Shown: positions 26,173 through 36,210 of the stretch, in pieces
Layout: each line of letters begins with the position of its first letter
How positions within the stretch are numbered: position 1 is the first letter of the stretch
Origin: a virus
Lineage: Duplodnaviria > Caudoviricetes
IMG/VR virus record: IMGVR_UViG_3300033145_000309
Location: 1-40,091 of that record
Reading direction: 5' to 3' (one strand)
Length of the DNA stretch: 40,091 nucleotides
Notes under the pieces: model-generated
The model's input: only the letters and a program-made list of their open reading frames with translations
Databases searched by the model: none
What the model was told of the DNA's origin: nothing
Translations under genes and position numbers: made by a program

Positions 26173-26181
26173 TGTTATAAT
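26173..26181 (+). promoter_or_regulatory. Extended -10 promoter giving a leaderless mRNA
   Basis: TGTTATAAT, 6 nt before ATG 26188; no SD. Confidence 0.6.
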
Positions 26182-26187
26182 CTTTTT

Positions 26188-26388
26188 ATGTTTGAGAACC
26201 TTATTGAATTTGTGAATCCTATTGTCCTGCTTGCTGATATATGGCAATTCTTTCTATTTCCAATCGTGCTATACATAGTTTTCTGTTGCACACTAATTGC
26301 CTTTGTCTGGGAGATATGGCTTCTGTACCACTTCATTAAAAGGCGAGTTAAAAGAAGCCACCAGCCTAAAAAAACATCATCTCTGTGA
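26188..26388 (+). CDS. Small membrane protein (moron), candidate superinfection exclusion
   Basis: Long hydrophobic stretch then basic tail; own promoter; opposite strand to surrounding late genes. Confidence 0.6.
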   Translation: MFENLIEFVNPIVLLADIWQFFLFPIVLYIVFCCTLIAFVWEIWLLYHFIKRRVKRSHQPKKTSSL

Positions 26389-29300
26389 GGGTGCCTTCGG
26401 TCTACCCCTCTGTGATGGGGCAGTAGGCCTAGTACTTTCATCCTCGCTTTCATAAAAGAATAAAGATGATAGTGGTTTTTCCCCATTCCACACACTTGAA
26501 AAATCCTGCCAAGCTAAAGAACCAGGGATAAACGCCTTCCATGAATAAAATATCTGTTTCTTAGCTCGTTCCCTCTGAGTATCATCATCAGCAGTTATAA
26601 ACGAATATAGACCCAACGCAAGTTGTACTGGTGGTGACACCCATGACGGGAACACTCCCAAGAGAAACGACCTCTCATAACCCAGTGACGATAGAATAGC
26701 ACCGCCTATTATTAAATACCTCAAGAGTCCCAATCGCCTGCTCCAAGGTAGTTTTTTACCATACGTTGTTTCCCCTTTGAAAGCCCTATAAGTGGACTCC
26801 CGCAGGAACTTGGTAAAGTAGTTCATCCACCAACTTTGGAGTCGTGTTGCAGGGATTAGGGTTTTATGCCTAAACACTTCAGGCATACCCATCGGGATAT
26901 ATTGATATTGGGTACACCCAGCACCAAATTCCATCTCTCTAAGAAGTGCGTCTTTCTCGCTGGGGTACAGGAAATCCTTTGGCTCTTGATACGTTCTAGT
27001 CGGGTCAGCCCAGCCATACTGAGCGTACTTAGGGTCAGTTATGAGTTCCAATGTATCCCAATAGGCAATCTTCATAGCCCTATGTGCATTAAAAGCGGCT
27101 GACCATTGATACCAACCATGGTAAATCCCTTCCACTTTCTTCATAGCACCTATAGGTAAATCCTCGTAACCAGTATAACCCTTCAGAAATAGACTTTCCT
27201 CCATCAACTTTTTACAATTCTCTGGTACTGGGAAACAACCTTGCAAGTTAGCCTTAACTGTATAAAGTGCTAGGTTTTGAACACTCTGGAATAGATTTCT
27301 AGTTATCAGTTTAGGTCTCGGTCCAATAGCGGCAGCGATAACTAACCGTCCCACAACCTGAAATGTCTTAGTAATCGGCTTCCGCCCTATAGTTTTCCCA
27401 AAGGGCTTCAACACCTTATTCAAAAGACCGCCTATCCCACTTTCGGTAACTATCCTGTTTACTTCAGCGTCAAGCTGTGTCTCTTGCCCTTTGATAACCT
27501 CGTTTACATAATCTATAACCCATTTCCTAGTTGAAGCGGGCATAATGGAGGTTGCCCTTACTTCTTTCAATTCCTCCATTGTCAAGTTTTCGTAAAGGGG
27601 TATATCCTTAGTTACAACGCCCATTTGTTCAGTGAAGGCTTTTAGGGGTTCGCTGAGGTGTATTTCCTTCAAACCAGTCCATACCATCGCTTTAGTAGCA
27701 ACCTCCAAATCCTTAGTGAACAACTCATCTAAGTCGTCAGTTAGCTGTCGCCCCAGTTCCATTGGGTTGAATATCTTATTACCCACCACCTTCTTAGACC
27801 AATATTTTAGTGATTCGGGGAATGGATACCTGCCTGCCAACATCTCCTTTGCCATACCCTCAGCTACATAATGGCGAACGTAGGCTGTTCGGTATGGAAT
27901 AGGGTCTAAGTCAAGTTTAAGTCTAACAGCATTCTCCCCATTGATTATCGTTCTATTAAGATTCCTAAACCACTCAAAGACTTCCCTTTCCTTGTCTGAT
28001 AACTCTGCAGGAGGTTCTTCATATTTATTGAGCAAATCCCTCATTCGGGCTACCGCCTTGGTAGGCTTATTCTTAGTCTTTGCCGACAACTTTTCTGCTA
28101 ATGATGTCTTGCCCAAGCGGTTTATCTTGCCTATCTGCTGCTCTATAGAGCGTGTCATCGCACGAATCTCTAAATCCAAGCGTTGCTTTGCTAAATTAAG
28201 GGGATTAACCAAGGGGCCAAGACCTAGAACCTCGGCATAATAAGTCTGTGAAGTAAACCAACGCAGGGGAGTGGGCTGCCCGTATTTCTTCCCAGTTAAA
28301 GCACCCTCTGGGATTACCTTCTTACTTATAGGGATTGTTGGGGGTTTTCTCTTACCACCCACCAATGCTGGTTCAGGCAACTTTTTAAGAGCATCTATAA
28401 ACAACGATGCTTCCTCGCTAGTCATCTTAAGCATACTCCTCTTACCAGTTATCCCTTCCGCCAATCTCCTGTATCCCTGCGTTACCTTCCCTGTTTTAGG
28501 GTTAATCAATAGTTTCCGCCTTGCAATATTGTGACCCTTTATCTTCTGCCAGTTGGTTGACATAGCCCCGACTACTGGTGCAACTTCGGTAATTGGTGCA
28601 GTTGGGGTAGTGGGGACTGCAAGTTCCTTACCTGTAAGGGATTTAAGTACCTCATCAAACCTCGGCTCGGCTGCTTTTACCACATCATCGGCTGCCATTG
28701 CACCAGCTTTAGATGCGGATAGTCTTTGCGCCAATCTTTGCTTTACACTGGCCTCTGCTTGCTTATAGAGCCAACGTTTATTCTTCTCAAGGAAGAACCT
28801 GATAAACTTACTTGCTTGGTCGCCCCTAATACCTTGCCTGACCAACCATTTGTCTAAACCAGCATCCAACGCCTTCTCAAAGGCTTTTCTTGCACTAACC
28901 TTAACGCCCGCCATTGGAACGCCAATAGCATATTTCAAACCAATGCCAACAGCCTTCTCATAACCAGCAATAGGTGCTAAACCAAGCCTTGCGACCTCAG
29001 CAGCAGCACCCCTAACACCACCTTTCGCAGCAGTGGGTGCTAACGCTCCTCTAATTCCAGTGGCAGATAAACCAGTTCCCATCGCCATCAGCCACGCAGG
29101 CCACTCATATTTAAGCTGTTCCGTTATCGGCAATGACCTATACTCCTCGTGGGTAGCACCACCAGGTAAAAGGTCTTTCATAAACTCGGTGAACTTCTGC
29201 CTATCTACAGGCTCTTTCCCAAATGCCTGAGCCCACATATCCAAAAGGATTTCCCGTCTTTCATCGTCGGGAACACCTTGTTTCTGTAATTCTAAACTCC

Positions 29301-29586
29301 TATTAAGTATCCCCCTACTCTTGGAGGCCATATCCTGCCCACCTTCGGTTAAACCTCTCTGTGCTTCACCAAATAAAGAAAAGGGGGTAAAGGCATATTC
29401 TAATCCCTTAGAAAGGGTGGGTAATATGGTAGATGGCATAGCTAGCCCTGGTAATGCCTCGGCCTCTAGTGCCCTTAACTGATAATCACCAAACCAATCT
29501 TTAGGTTTCTTTACCTCTTTCTCAAGCTCTTCAGCCTTACGCCATTTATCTACATCTTTTGGAATCCAACCAAAATCTCTTGCCAT
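26377..29586 (-). CDS. Large internal virion (DNA ejection) protein
   Basis: Over 1000 aa, helical, hydrophobic C-terminal segment, between portal and scaffold; RBS before ATG 29586. Confidence 0.65.
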   Translation of the reverse strand: MARDFGWIPKDVDKWRKAEELEKEVKKPKDWFGDYQLRALEAEALPGLAMPSTILPTLSKGLEYAFTPFSLFGEAQRGLTEGGQDMASKSRGILNRSLELQKQGVPDDERREILLDMWAQAFGKEPVDRQKFTEFMKDLLPGGATHEEYRSLPITEQLKYEWPAWLMAMGTGLSATGIRGALAPTAAKGGVRGAAAEVARLGLAPIAGYEKAVGIGLKYAIGVPMAGVKVSARKAFEKALDAGLDKWLVRQGIRGDQASKFIRFFLEKNKRWLYKQAEASVKQRLAQRLSASKAGAMAADDVVKAAEPRFDEVLKSLTGKELAVPTTPTAPITEVAPVVGAMSTNWQKIKGHNIARRKLLINPKTGKVTQGYRRLAEGITGKRSMLKMTSEEASLFIDALKKLPEPALVGGKRKPPTIPISKKVIPEGALTGKKYGQPTPLRWFTSQTYYAEVLGLGPLVNPLNLAKQRLDLEIRAMTRSIEQQIGKINRLGKTSLAEKLSAKTKNKPTKAVARMRDLLNKYEEPPAELSDKEREVFEWFRNLNRTIINGENAVRLKLDLDPIPYRTAYVRHYVAEGMAKEMLAGRYPFPESLKYWSKKVVGNKIFNPMELGRQLTDDLDELFTKDLEVATKAMVWTGLKEIHLSEPLKAFTEQMGVVTKDIPLYENLTMEELKEVRATSIMPASTRKWVIDYVNEVIKGQETQLDAEVNRIVTESGIGGLLNKVLKPFGKTIGRKPITKTFQVVGRLVIAAAIGPRPKLITRNLFQSVQNLALYTVKANLQGCFPVPENCKKLMEESLFLKGYTGYEDLPIGAMKKVEGIYHGWYQWSAAFNAHRAMKIAYWDTLELITDPKYAQYGWADPTRTYQEPKDFLYPSEKDALLREMEFGAGCTQYQYIPMGMPEVFRHKTLIPATRLQSWWMNYFTKFLRESTYRAFKGETTYGKKLPWSRRLGLLRYLIIGGAILSSLGYERSFLLGVFPSWVSPPVQLALGLYSFITADDDTQRERAKKQIFYSWKAFIPGSLAWQDFSSVWNGEKPLSSLFFYESEDESTRPTAPSQRGRPKAPSQR

Positions 29587-29596
29587 TAGTTCCCCC

Positions 29597-30745
29597 TTAT
29601 TGTTTGAATGGTCTCCATCCACGAGCTTTATACCCACGCCCTGTTGGTAACATGGCTTTCATCCTTGCTATTTTATCTTCAACGGACTCGCCGCCTAACC
29701 AGTCAACATATCCAGCATACTGTTGTTTGGTTGTCGGGGAAGCCCTCATCCACGCTTGCGCACTTGGGGTTGAGGTCGGCACTTTCTTTATCCTTTCACC
29801 AGCTTTAAGACCTGGTACCAGTTGCGCTAATCCCTTTGGCGCAGACGGGGTCAACCCAGTCGGCTCTTCCCTGTGCCACCCAGCACCTTGCTCAAGACTT
29901 AATAACTCCTGTTCTGCCGAGAGTAGCGCCTTCCTTGCCTTCTCCATTCTACCCATCTCATCAGGCGTAACCCCACCACGCTGTAAATCAGTCATAGTCT
30001 CACTAGCTTCACCCGCTATATCTCTAAGTTGCCCTTTCCTTTGAATAGCCATCTCCTCTGGGGGCATAGCATACGGATTCTCACCGTGTTCTAGCATCCA
30101 CCTGTCAATCCAATCCCTAGGTGAAAACTGCTCGGATAGTCTAGCTTGTTTATATTGCTCATAACTTCTGGCTGGTGTTGCGGTTCTACCCAATTCAGCC
30201 TGAACATCAGCCATCGCCCTCCTTTTAACCTCACCCCCAGCCCAATCACGATAACGTGCCTGCTCAAACCCTTCAATGGCCTGAGACCTGAGTACGTCTT
30301 TGATGTGCTTTTGTTCGGCAATCTTGCCCATACCCCACTCTCTCTCCTCCATTGCCTTACCCGTTTTAGCTTCACGTTGCCACTCTGGGGTCATGGAATA
30401 GGTTATTATATTCTCATATAACGGCAACCTAGGATTAACCCCCTCTAGTGTTACTTGCCTAATAGCTGTCGTATATATCTCATCAGCCATATTCCCCTTT
30501 ATCAACCCAGCCTCTTTAAGCATGGCTAGATATTCAAGCAGCCTATTTCCATACTGCGAAACTGACATTTCAGGGTAACCCAAATCGGGCATAGTTTTCG
30601 CTGTATACCAGTCAATAAAGAGTCTATTCTCAGCCATTTGTTTCTTGAGAATCCTGCGAACAGCACCCGCATCATCTGGGAATATTTCCTCAAGCCAATC
30701 TCTAAATTCTTTGGGGTATTCTTTTAGTTCCAATCTATCCGCCAT
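29597..30745 (-). CDS. Putative internal virion protein
   Basis: Helical and charged; upstream of large ejection protein; RBS AGGAGG. Confidence 0.55.
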   Translation of the reverse strand: MADRLELKEYPKEFRDWLEEIFPDDAGAVRRILKKQMAENRLFIDWYTAKTMPDLGYPEMSVSQYGNRLLEYLAMLKEAGLIKGNMADEIYTTAIRQVTLEGVNPRLPLYENIITYSMTPEWQREAKTGKAMEEREWGMGKIAEQKHIKDVLRSQAIEGFEQARYRDWAGGEVKRRAMADVQAELGRTATPARSYEQYKQARLSEQFSPRDWIDRWMLEHGENPYAMPPEEMAIQRKGQLRDIAGEASETMTDLQRGGVTPDEMGRMEKARKALLSAEQELLSLEQGAGWHREEPTGLTPSAPKGLAQLVPGLKAGERIKKVPTSTPSAQAWMRASPTTKQQYAGYVDWLGGESVEDKIARMKAMLPTGRGYKARGWRPFKQ

Positions 30746-30998
30746 AACCCAACCTCCTTGCCTTTAATTCTTCCATATTCTGTATATAATTATTCACCAC
30801 GTCCTCGCCGTATTTCCCCATAAAGAAATACATATCCTCTGGTGTGAGTTGTGAGTAAATATCAAGTTGTTTCTTTACGGAAACCTGTTTTGAATCAAAG
30901 GGTTTTACCCCCTCATACTGCTTTGATAGGCGACGGGACACCGCCTCAACCCGCTTGTTAATTTTACTTAATATACTATCAGCTACATTATCTCTCAT
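30735..30998 (-). CDS. Hypothetical protein downstream of portal
   Basis: Coupled to portal stop. Confidence 0.65.
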   Translation of the reverse strand: MRDNVADSILSKINKRVEAVSRRLSKQYEGVKPFDSKQVSVKKQLDIYSQLTPEDMYFFMGKYGEDVVNNYIQNMEELKARRLGYGG

Positions 30999-32711
30999 TT
31001 AGACCACCTCTGGGCTACGCCTAACCCCTCTCTGCGATAACTGCAGGTCAACCATTTCCCTGGCTTCTGGGGTTCTTTCATTAAACTGCCTGGGTGGCCC
31101 GCCCTGAGAACCAACACCACCTTGAGGTGCCTGTTGTGCTTGCTCCCTCAATCTCTCAAGGTAATCAGACATCCCAAGGTTCTCTAGCGCCTTCTCAGAT
31201 AATGCTTGGAATAGTAGCGGGTTTTCTATAACAACCTTATCGGCTATTGTTTGGTCAATTATTTCCTGTGCCTTCTCTGGGGTGTAGCCAGCATAATTAA
31301 CCAAGAACTCGCCCCAATCTATTAACCCAGCATCATACAAAGCTCTACCAGCCATCAATTTCCTGTCATCCTCAATCGGGTCGGCTGCCTTCAACTTAAC
31401 CTGACTTCTTGCACAAGCATTAAGGTCGGCCTCAGTTATAGTAATCTCCTTCTTGCCCCCGTCTGGTTGCTCAAGCCATTGTGTTATAGGTAGCCATGTG
31501 GGAACTTTCTTCAGTATTTCACTACCCATATCAAGTGCCTTTGCAAAGGCATCCTCAGTAGCTTCAACTATAGAATCAAACCTGCGGACAAAGTGGTAGC
31601 CCACTATATCTTCCTGTCTACCACTAGAACCAGAGGGTAGACCTGACATAACAGGTGGGGCTATAGAAGCAATCCTAGACCTAAGATTGTAATAATGTTG
31701 GAAGGCTTCTTGCGAGGGTAGAATTGGGTCAGCGGGGTCAAACTTGTAGCCATCGGGTAAGGATAAGACATTGAACGAGCCAGCGCTCATATCATAGTTT
31801 TCCTTTAACGTGCCCTCGTCTACCTCAGCACCTAGGGGTAGAATCAAGTCCCTCTTAGGGCGGGCAAATTTATGAATCATACTATCGATGTATGAGTTTA
31901 TCGCACATTCTTGAATCAGTAAGTCTTTAACTGGGGCTATTCTACTCACCACCAGTGATTCAGGTCTCCCCTCGTTATCCTCTTTGCCAAAACCCGAATA
32001 GGCATGGATAAAGGGAACAAAGCCATAAAGGTTTTTCTGTATTCCACCCTTTAATACTGGCTCGCCATCAGCCTCAAAATATCGCACCTTGCTGTCCCAG
32101 TACTCGAACCACTCAACTTTCTTATCCCTGCTCCCGCTAGCATTGTTAGGGTCCGACCATTTCGGATAAAGTTTCCGAACATCCCTGGGAACTCTTTCGT
32201 AGAAAACCACAACATACTCTGGTATACCATAAAACTCATTTGGTGAACCGAATATAACCAGCGGGTCTGGAGTAAGAAAAAACATTGGCAGAACCCTCTC
32301 ATCCTCTATCGATGGTTTCCAACCCTCATTAAGGACAGGGTGGAGCCATGCCTCACCCCTTGCCATCAGGTTTCTGGTGAACTCGCTGAATGGTTGCGGG
32401 GACTGGCGTAGAATCTGCCTGACCCAGTGGTTTTCCATAGCATTAACTTTAAGTGCGGATTCAAGCGCCCCTTTAGTTGATTTCTTGGCGTCAACGAATA
32501 CTTGTGGGTTTCTGGTGATGATATGGCTTATAGGGCCATTGATTAGCTCGGCACCCAACCCTGTCCTGCATACATACTGCGGGCTTTTAATTGTTGGGAC
32601 ATCAAAGGTATCATCAATAAATTCCTGAACCCTTTTCTGGCGCTTCACCCTCTCTAAGTGGTATTCGTCTATCAAGTACTTTTTAATCTCCTTGATTTCG
32701 TCTATATCCAT
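30999..32711 (-). CDS. Portal protein
   Basis: 570 aa directly after TerL; NLYGFVPFIH motif, Gln-rich tail. Confidence 0.85.
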   Translation of the reverse strand: MDIDEIKEIKKYLIDEYHLERVKRQKRVQEFIDDTFDVPTIKSPQYVCRTGLGAELINGPISHIITRNPQVFVDAKKSTKGALESALKVNAMENHWVRQILRQSPQPFSEFTRNLMARGEAWLHPVLNEGWKPSIEDERVLPMFFLTPDPLVIFGSPNEFYGIPEYVVVFYERVPRDVRKLYPKWSDPNNASGSRDKKVEWFEYWDSKVRYFEADGEPVLKGGIQKNLYGFVPFIHAYSGFGKEDNEGRPESLVVSRIAPVKDLLIQECAINSYIDSMIHKFARPKRDLILPLGAEVDEGTLKENYDMSAGSFNVLSLPDGYKFDPADPILPSQEAFQHYYNLRSRIASIAPPVMSGLPSGSSGRQEDIVGYHFVRRFDSIVEATEDAFAKALDMGSEILKKVPTWLPITQWLEQPDGGKKEITITEADLNACARSQVKLKAADPIEDDRKLMAGRALYDAGLIDWGEFLVNYAGYTPEKAQEIIDQTIADKVVIENPLLFQALSEKALENLGMSDYLERLREQAQQAPQGGVGSQGGPPRQFNERTPEAREMVDLQLSQRGVRRSPEVV

Positions 32712-32714
32712 AGC

Positions 32715-34208
32715 TTACCTCCAACCATCTTTATATTTGAAACTGGATACCTTGACCTTACCCATAGGTATCCGCTCTCTTATTGCCCATAAAATAGCCC
32801 CCATCATTACATAATCATCGTGCGAACCTTTTGTGGCACGTGGGGTTTTTCCCTCTTCCTGAATGAAGTGTCTGTGTTCGTCAACCATATCCCTGTTATA
32901 GATTCTGACATTGCGCTTGTAGATGGCCTCTCGCCAGCTACCCAGCATTGTTGTTCTATTTGCCGAACCTGTATACCAACCATACTTGTCCTTTTCCTTA
33001 TATAAATTCATAACCCCAGCGGCTTGAAGTTTATCAATTAAATTCATTCCACCACCCTGTGGGTTGCGCTCAACAGCTAGAAATGCCTTGTTATAATCTT
33101 CGTAAAGCTCAATGGTTATCCTCGCTAGTTCATCGGTCATTATCTTGCCGTGCGCTGTAGCCACCATCTCGCAGGACTGCCAATCCATTACACCAAGAGC
33201 AAAGGGGTCGTAGCCGTGTGAGGGGTCAACCGCCATACAGTAGCGCCTGCCCACAACAGGCTTCTTGTAAATCTTAATCATACCGTTACGTCTGACCTCA
33301 ATGGGATGGAGGTAGTCCTCCTTTTCCATTGCGTCTAAAGCATTTTCATCAAAGTAGCAAAGTGCCTGCGATGGAGCTAATGCCTCAGCTTCCGTTCTGG
33401 GATATTGTGCCTCCATTTCCCAATCTTCAAGGTCGGCACTTTTGCTTTTATACCACGCCTCATCCCTGAAGGATAGAACGTTATAAGGAAGGAATACGGG
33501 GTAGAAGTTATTTTCCCCAGCTCTTGCCGCCCTATAGAGTTTCTTAAACTTGGTATTATCTTCCTTCTTATTGACAGCCGAGAGTAAAATAAGCTGCCTA
33601 TTACCTCCAGCATCAACCATAGGCTTGATTTCAGCAAAGTCCCGCTCTGCGTATTTATGATGGTCATTCTCGTCAAGAATGATTAGTGAAGCCCCACCAA
33701 AACCAACAGCTGACGACTCGGTAGAGGACAATGCTCTTATTTTTGAATCAATAGCAGGGAATGCCATTAAGCTGGACTGGTTCCTGTCCCATATAGGGCG
33801 GAGGAATTTGGGTAAATTGTTGTAAATAAACTTGCAATAAGTTAATACCTCGGCAGCAGCATCCTCCCTCTTGGATAAAATGATAACGTTAGAACCTTGA
33901 TAGAAGATGGCCCTGTGTATGGCATAGCCAGCCATAAGCCAAGTAATACCTATCTGGCGTGCTTTTAAGATAATGACCAGCCTCTCCCTTGATAGAGTTT
34001 TCAATAGGTCTATTAAGTGAGGCCAAGGCACAAAGTCTATTGCCCCTATGGATGGGTCGCTAATCTTTCCGTATTTTGTCAGGAAGTATTGAGGACTCAG
34101 GCGGCACTTGTTCCACTCGTCCAACTTCCATAACTGCGAATCCCTGTCTTCTAAGTTCTTGCTCTGCATCAAAGTGTCTTCTTGCGATTTCGTCTGCACT
34201 AAGCCCAA
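32715..34208 (-). CDS. terL: Terminase large subunit (start may be ATG 34169)
   Basis: Walker A LKARQIGITW, Walker B LIILDE, nuclease AVDPSHG and HDDYVM. Confidence 0.95.
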   Translation of the reverse strand: MGLVQTKSQEDTLMQSKNLEDRDSQLWKLDEWNKCRLSPQYFLTKYGKISDPSIGAIDFVPWPHLIDLLKTLSRERLVIILKARQIGITWLMAGYAIHRAIFYQGSNVIILSKREDAAAEVLTYCKFIYNNLPKFLRPIWDRNQSSLMAFPAIDSKIRALSSTESSAVGFGGASLIILDENDHHKYAERDFAEIKPMVDAGGNRQLILLSAVNKKEDNTKFKKLYRAARAGENNFYPVFLPYNVLSFRDEAWYKSKSADLEDWEMEAQYPRTEAEALAPSQALCYFDENALDAMEKEDYLHPIEVRRNGMIKIYKKPVVGRRYCMAVDPSHGYDPFALGVMDWQSCEMVATAHGKIMTDELARITIELYEDYNKAFLAVERNPQGGGMNLIDKLQAAGVMNLYKEKDKYGWYTGSANRTTMLGSWREAIYKRNVRIYNRDMVDEHRHFIQEEGKTPRATKGSHDDYVMMGAILWAIRERIPMGKVKVSSFKYKDGWR

Positions 34209-34509
34209 TTTCTACCTTCACCTCCGATTTATCGGTTAATACTCCCATTATTCTTGCCCACAACTCAGCATACTTGGCGTTTTTACCTGCCATAGCGTGT
34301 TCATACAATCTATCCATAAACGCAGCCATTCTGGCTTGGCCTTTATCAACACTACTCCGTGCCTCAAGTTGCTTATTCCAATTAGTTAGAGTCTGGTTAG
34401 AAACCTTAAGTTGTTTTGCTAATTCCTTCTGTGTCTTTGGCTCACGTGTATCCCTATCCTGATAGCGCCATGTAGTGAATACCTCTAGTTCTTTATCTAA
34501 CTTCTTCAT
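34060..34509 (-). CDS. terS: Terminase small subunit (HTH)
   Basis: TQKELAKQLKVSNQTLTNW HTH; overlaps TerL start. Confidence 0.75.
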   Translation of the reverse strand: MKKLDKELEVFTTWRYQDRDTREPKTQKELAKQLKVSNQTLTNWNKQLEARSSVDKGQARMAAFMDRLYEHAMAGKNAKYAELWARIMGVLTDKSEVKVEIGLSADEIARRHFDAEQELRRQGFAVMEVGRVEQVPPESSILPDKIRKD

Positions 34510-34655
34510 TTTCTTTTTGTATGGCTCGCCATTCTAGCCCTCACACTTGCCTCCGCATTCGCTTTAGTTTTAGACGAACCGACAATTTTGCCCGTTTCTT
34601 TATTTATTATCTTGTATGGTTTATCTCCGCTTCGTTTTACTACTCTGTAAGGCAT
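34506..34655 (-). CDS. Small basic phage protein (49 aa, below track cutoff)
   Basis: RBS GGAGGTG; MPYRVVKRSGDKPYKIINKETGKIVGSS...; ATGA-coupled to TerS. Confidence 0.7.
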   Translation of the reverse strand: MPYRVVKRSGDKPYKIINKETGKIVGSSKTKANAEASVRARMASHTKRK

Positions 34656-34670
34656 ATACACCTCCAAATA

Positions 34671-34713
34671 AAAAGGGGGTAGCCCCCCATCGATGGGATT
34701 GCTACCCCCTTTT
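34671..34713 (-). terminator. Terminator/attenuator hairpin upstream of packaging operon
   Basis: Same 13-bp stem as 26060-26105, followed by U-tract. Confidence 0.65.
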
Positions 34714-34774
34714 GAAACCTAACATCCTTCCCACAAATTTATGTTTCATTCGTGAAAACCATTATTTAATCTCC

Positions 34775-34900
34775 TTATCTTTGCCTTTCTTTATAACCAT
34801 TACTAGCAATATGGTCTATTTGGAGAACTCTATAATCTTCAATCCCATAATTTGAGCATTTGCTCCCTAAAAGGAGCAACACTTCCTGTCTTCTTCTTTG
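34775..34900 (-). pseudogene. Degenerate HNH endonuclease fragment
   Basis: RQEVLLLLGSKCSNYGIEDYRVLQIDHIASNG then early stop; second Cys lost, no clear start. Confidence 0.55.
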
Positions 34901-34998
34901 GCTAGTTATTGCAGTAATTTTTACCACAAGTGCAGTGGATTTTACTACAAACTTATCCCCAGTATCTCCTTATTGTTTACTGTCTAAGGATACGCACC

Positions 34999-35214
34999 TT
35001 ATCGTTGTTCAACGTAGCATCCGTAACACAAACCATCAATAAAGTGTTCCTCGCAACACCAACACCCGCAATCGGGGTTCTGGCACTTATATAGAGTATA
35101 ATGGTCAACGTGCTTCACCAATCTACCCCTGGCATCCGTAAACTCGCAGCAACAGCAGATACCAACGGGAATATTCCCCGCAATGCTGAATTGGGGCGTT
35201 TCTACCTTATCCAT
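34999..35214 (-). CDS. Cys-rich zinc-binding protein
   Basis: CCCC, CQNPDC, CCEEH, CYGC. Confidence 0.65.
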   Translation of the reverse strand: MDKVETPQFSIAGNIPVGICCCCEFTDARGRLVKHVDHYTLYKCQNPDCGCWCCEEHFIDGLCYGCYVEQR

Positions 35215-35467
35215 AAAGCATCTTCCCTACAACTAAAGCCCCGATTATAACCAGTGAACCGATATGGCACACCTTCCAGACACCGTGTTTACTTTCCCAT
35301 GCCCTTGGCAAAGCGATAACCTTACTGACTAGCAGGCACCAGACCCAAAGCAGTGTAATATCGGTTGCACGCTGGTTTATATAAACATGGGCTACCTGAT
35401 ATATCCCACCAGTCCATACAATTACAATGTGCCCGATATATAGAATATCTAATATGAGCTCACGCAT
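35207..35467 (-). CDS. PQ-loop/SemiSWEET-like 3-TM membrane protein
   Basis: Three TM segments; YQVAHVY...ATDITL pattern. Confidence 0.5.
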   Translation of the reverse strand: MRELILDILYIGHIVIVWTGGIYQVAHVYINQRATDITLLWVWCLLVSKVIALPRAWESKHGVWKVCHIGSLVIIGALVVGKMLYG

Positions 35468-35789
35468 CTTCCAACATCTCATGCATTGAACAAAACAATG
35501 CCTGAACGAGGGCTAGCCTGGCCCCACCTTCAAGGGAGTCGTATCTTGGAACTTCGATAATACCCCTCTTTGCCCAATGTGCTTTATTTACTTCTATCTC
35601 TTTATCCAGCTTTGCCTGCAAACCATTTATCACTCTGTTCACCTGACTTGCCGAAAAGACTAAATCGCTATATTTAAATTCAGGTTGTATTTCATTAGCC
35701 GTGCCATTGAGTATTAAATGGCACCAGCGTTCTAGCACCTGAAGCGTCTTAGGCTGGTTAAAGATATAGCCCGAATAACACTTCTTCAC
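35460..35789 (-). CDS. Hypothetical protein
   Basis: GTG start with RBS AAGGAG. Confidence 0.6.
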   Translation of the reverse strand: MKKCYSGYIFNQPKTLQVLERWCHLILNGTANEIQPEFKYSDLVFSASQVNRVINGLQAKLDKEIEVNKAHWAKRGIIEVPRYDSLEGGARLALVQALFCSMHEMLEDA

Positions 35790-35894
35790 GGAAGTAGTCT
35801 CCTTACCTCTCTAACCAAATCCCCCTGCTGGTCAGGACATAACCTCTCTGGGTTGAGAACTTTCTCTTTATCTGGTTTCTCAACAGGTTTAGTA

Positions 35895-36200
35895 TCAGGT
35901 TTTACTTGCGGTTCCTTTACTTTCTCCGTCATCTTCAAACGCCTTCAGAAAACTTGAGGCAATAGGAGCAGGGGTCAAATCCATCTCATTATAAAGAAAT
36001 AGAATAACCTCACCCATCGCTTCCTTGAATCCATCAATAGTATCGTTATCAAGTGGGGCTAATACCAGAGCCTTAACCCACTCTACATATTCCTCGACTG
36101 TATATGAATCAAGTGGGGCCATACCTTGATGGGTAGCCATTACTAATCCCACCTTCCCCCTATCTATTGGGTCAACCGCAGGCATTATTCTTACATTCAT
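35895..36200 (-). CDS. Hypothetical protein
   Basis: RBS AGGAGG. Confidence 0.65.
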   Translation of the reverse strand: MNVRIMPAVDPIDRGKVGLVMATHQGMAPLDSYTVEEYVEWVKALVLAPLDNDTIDGFKEAMGEVILFLYNEMDLTPAPIASSFLKAFEDDGESKGTASKT

Positions 36201-36210
36201 ACTCTGCCTC

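Noticed and set aside
26155-26181. CIRCE (HrcA) operator
   Set aside because: Only the left arm TTAGCACT matches; no GAGTGCTAA after 9 nt
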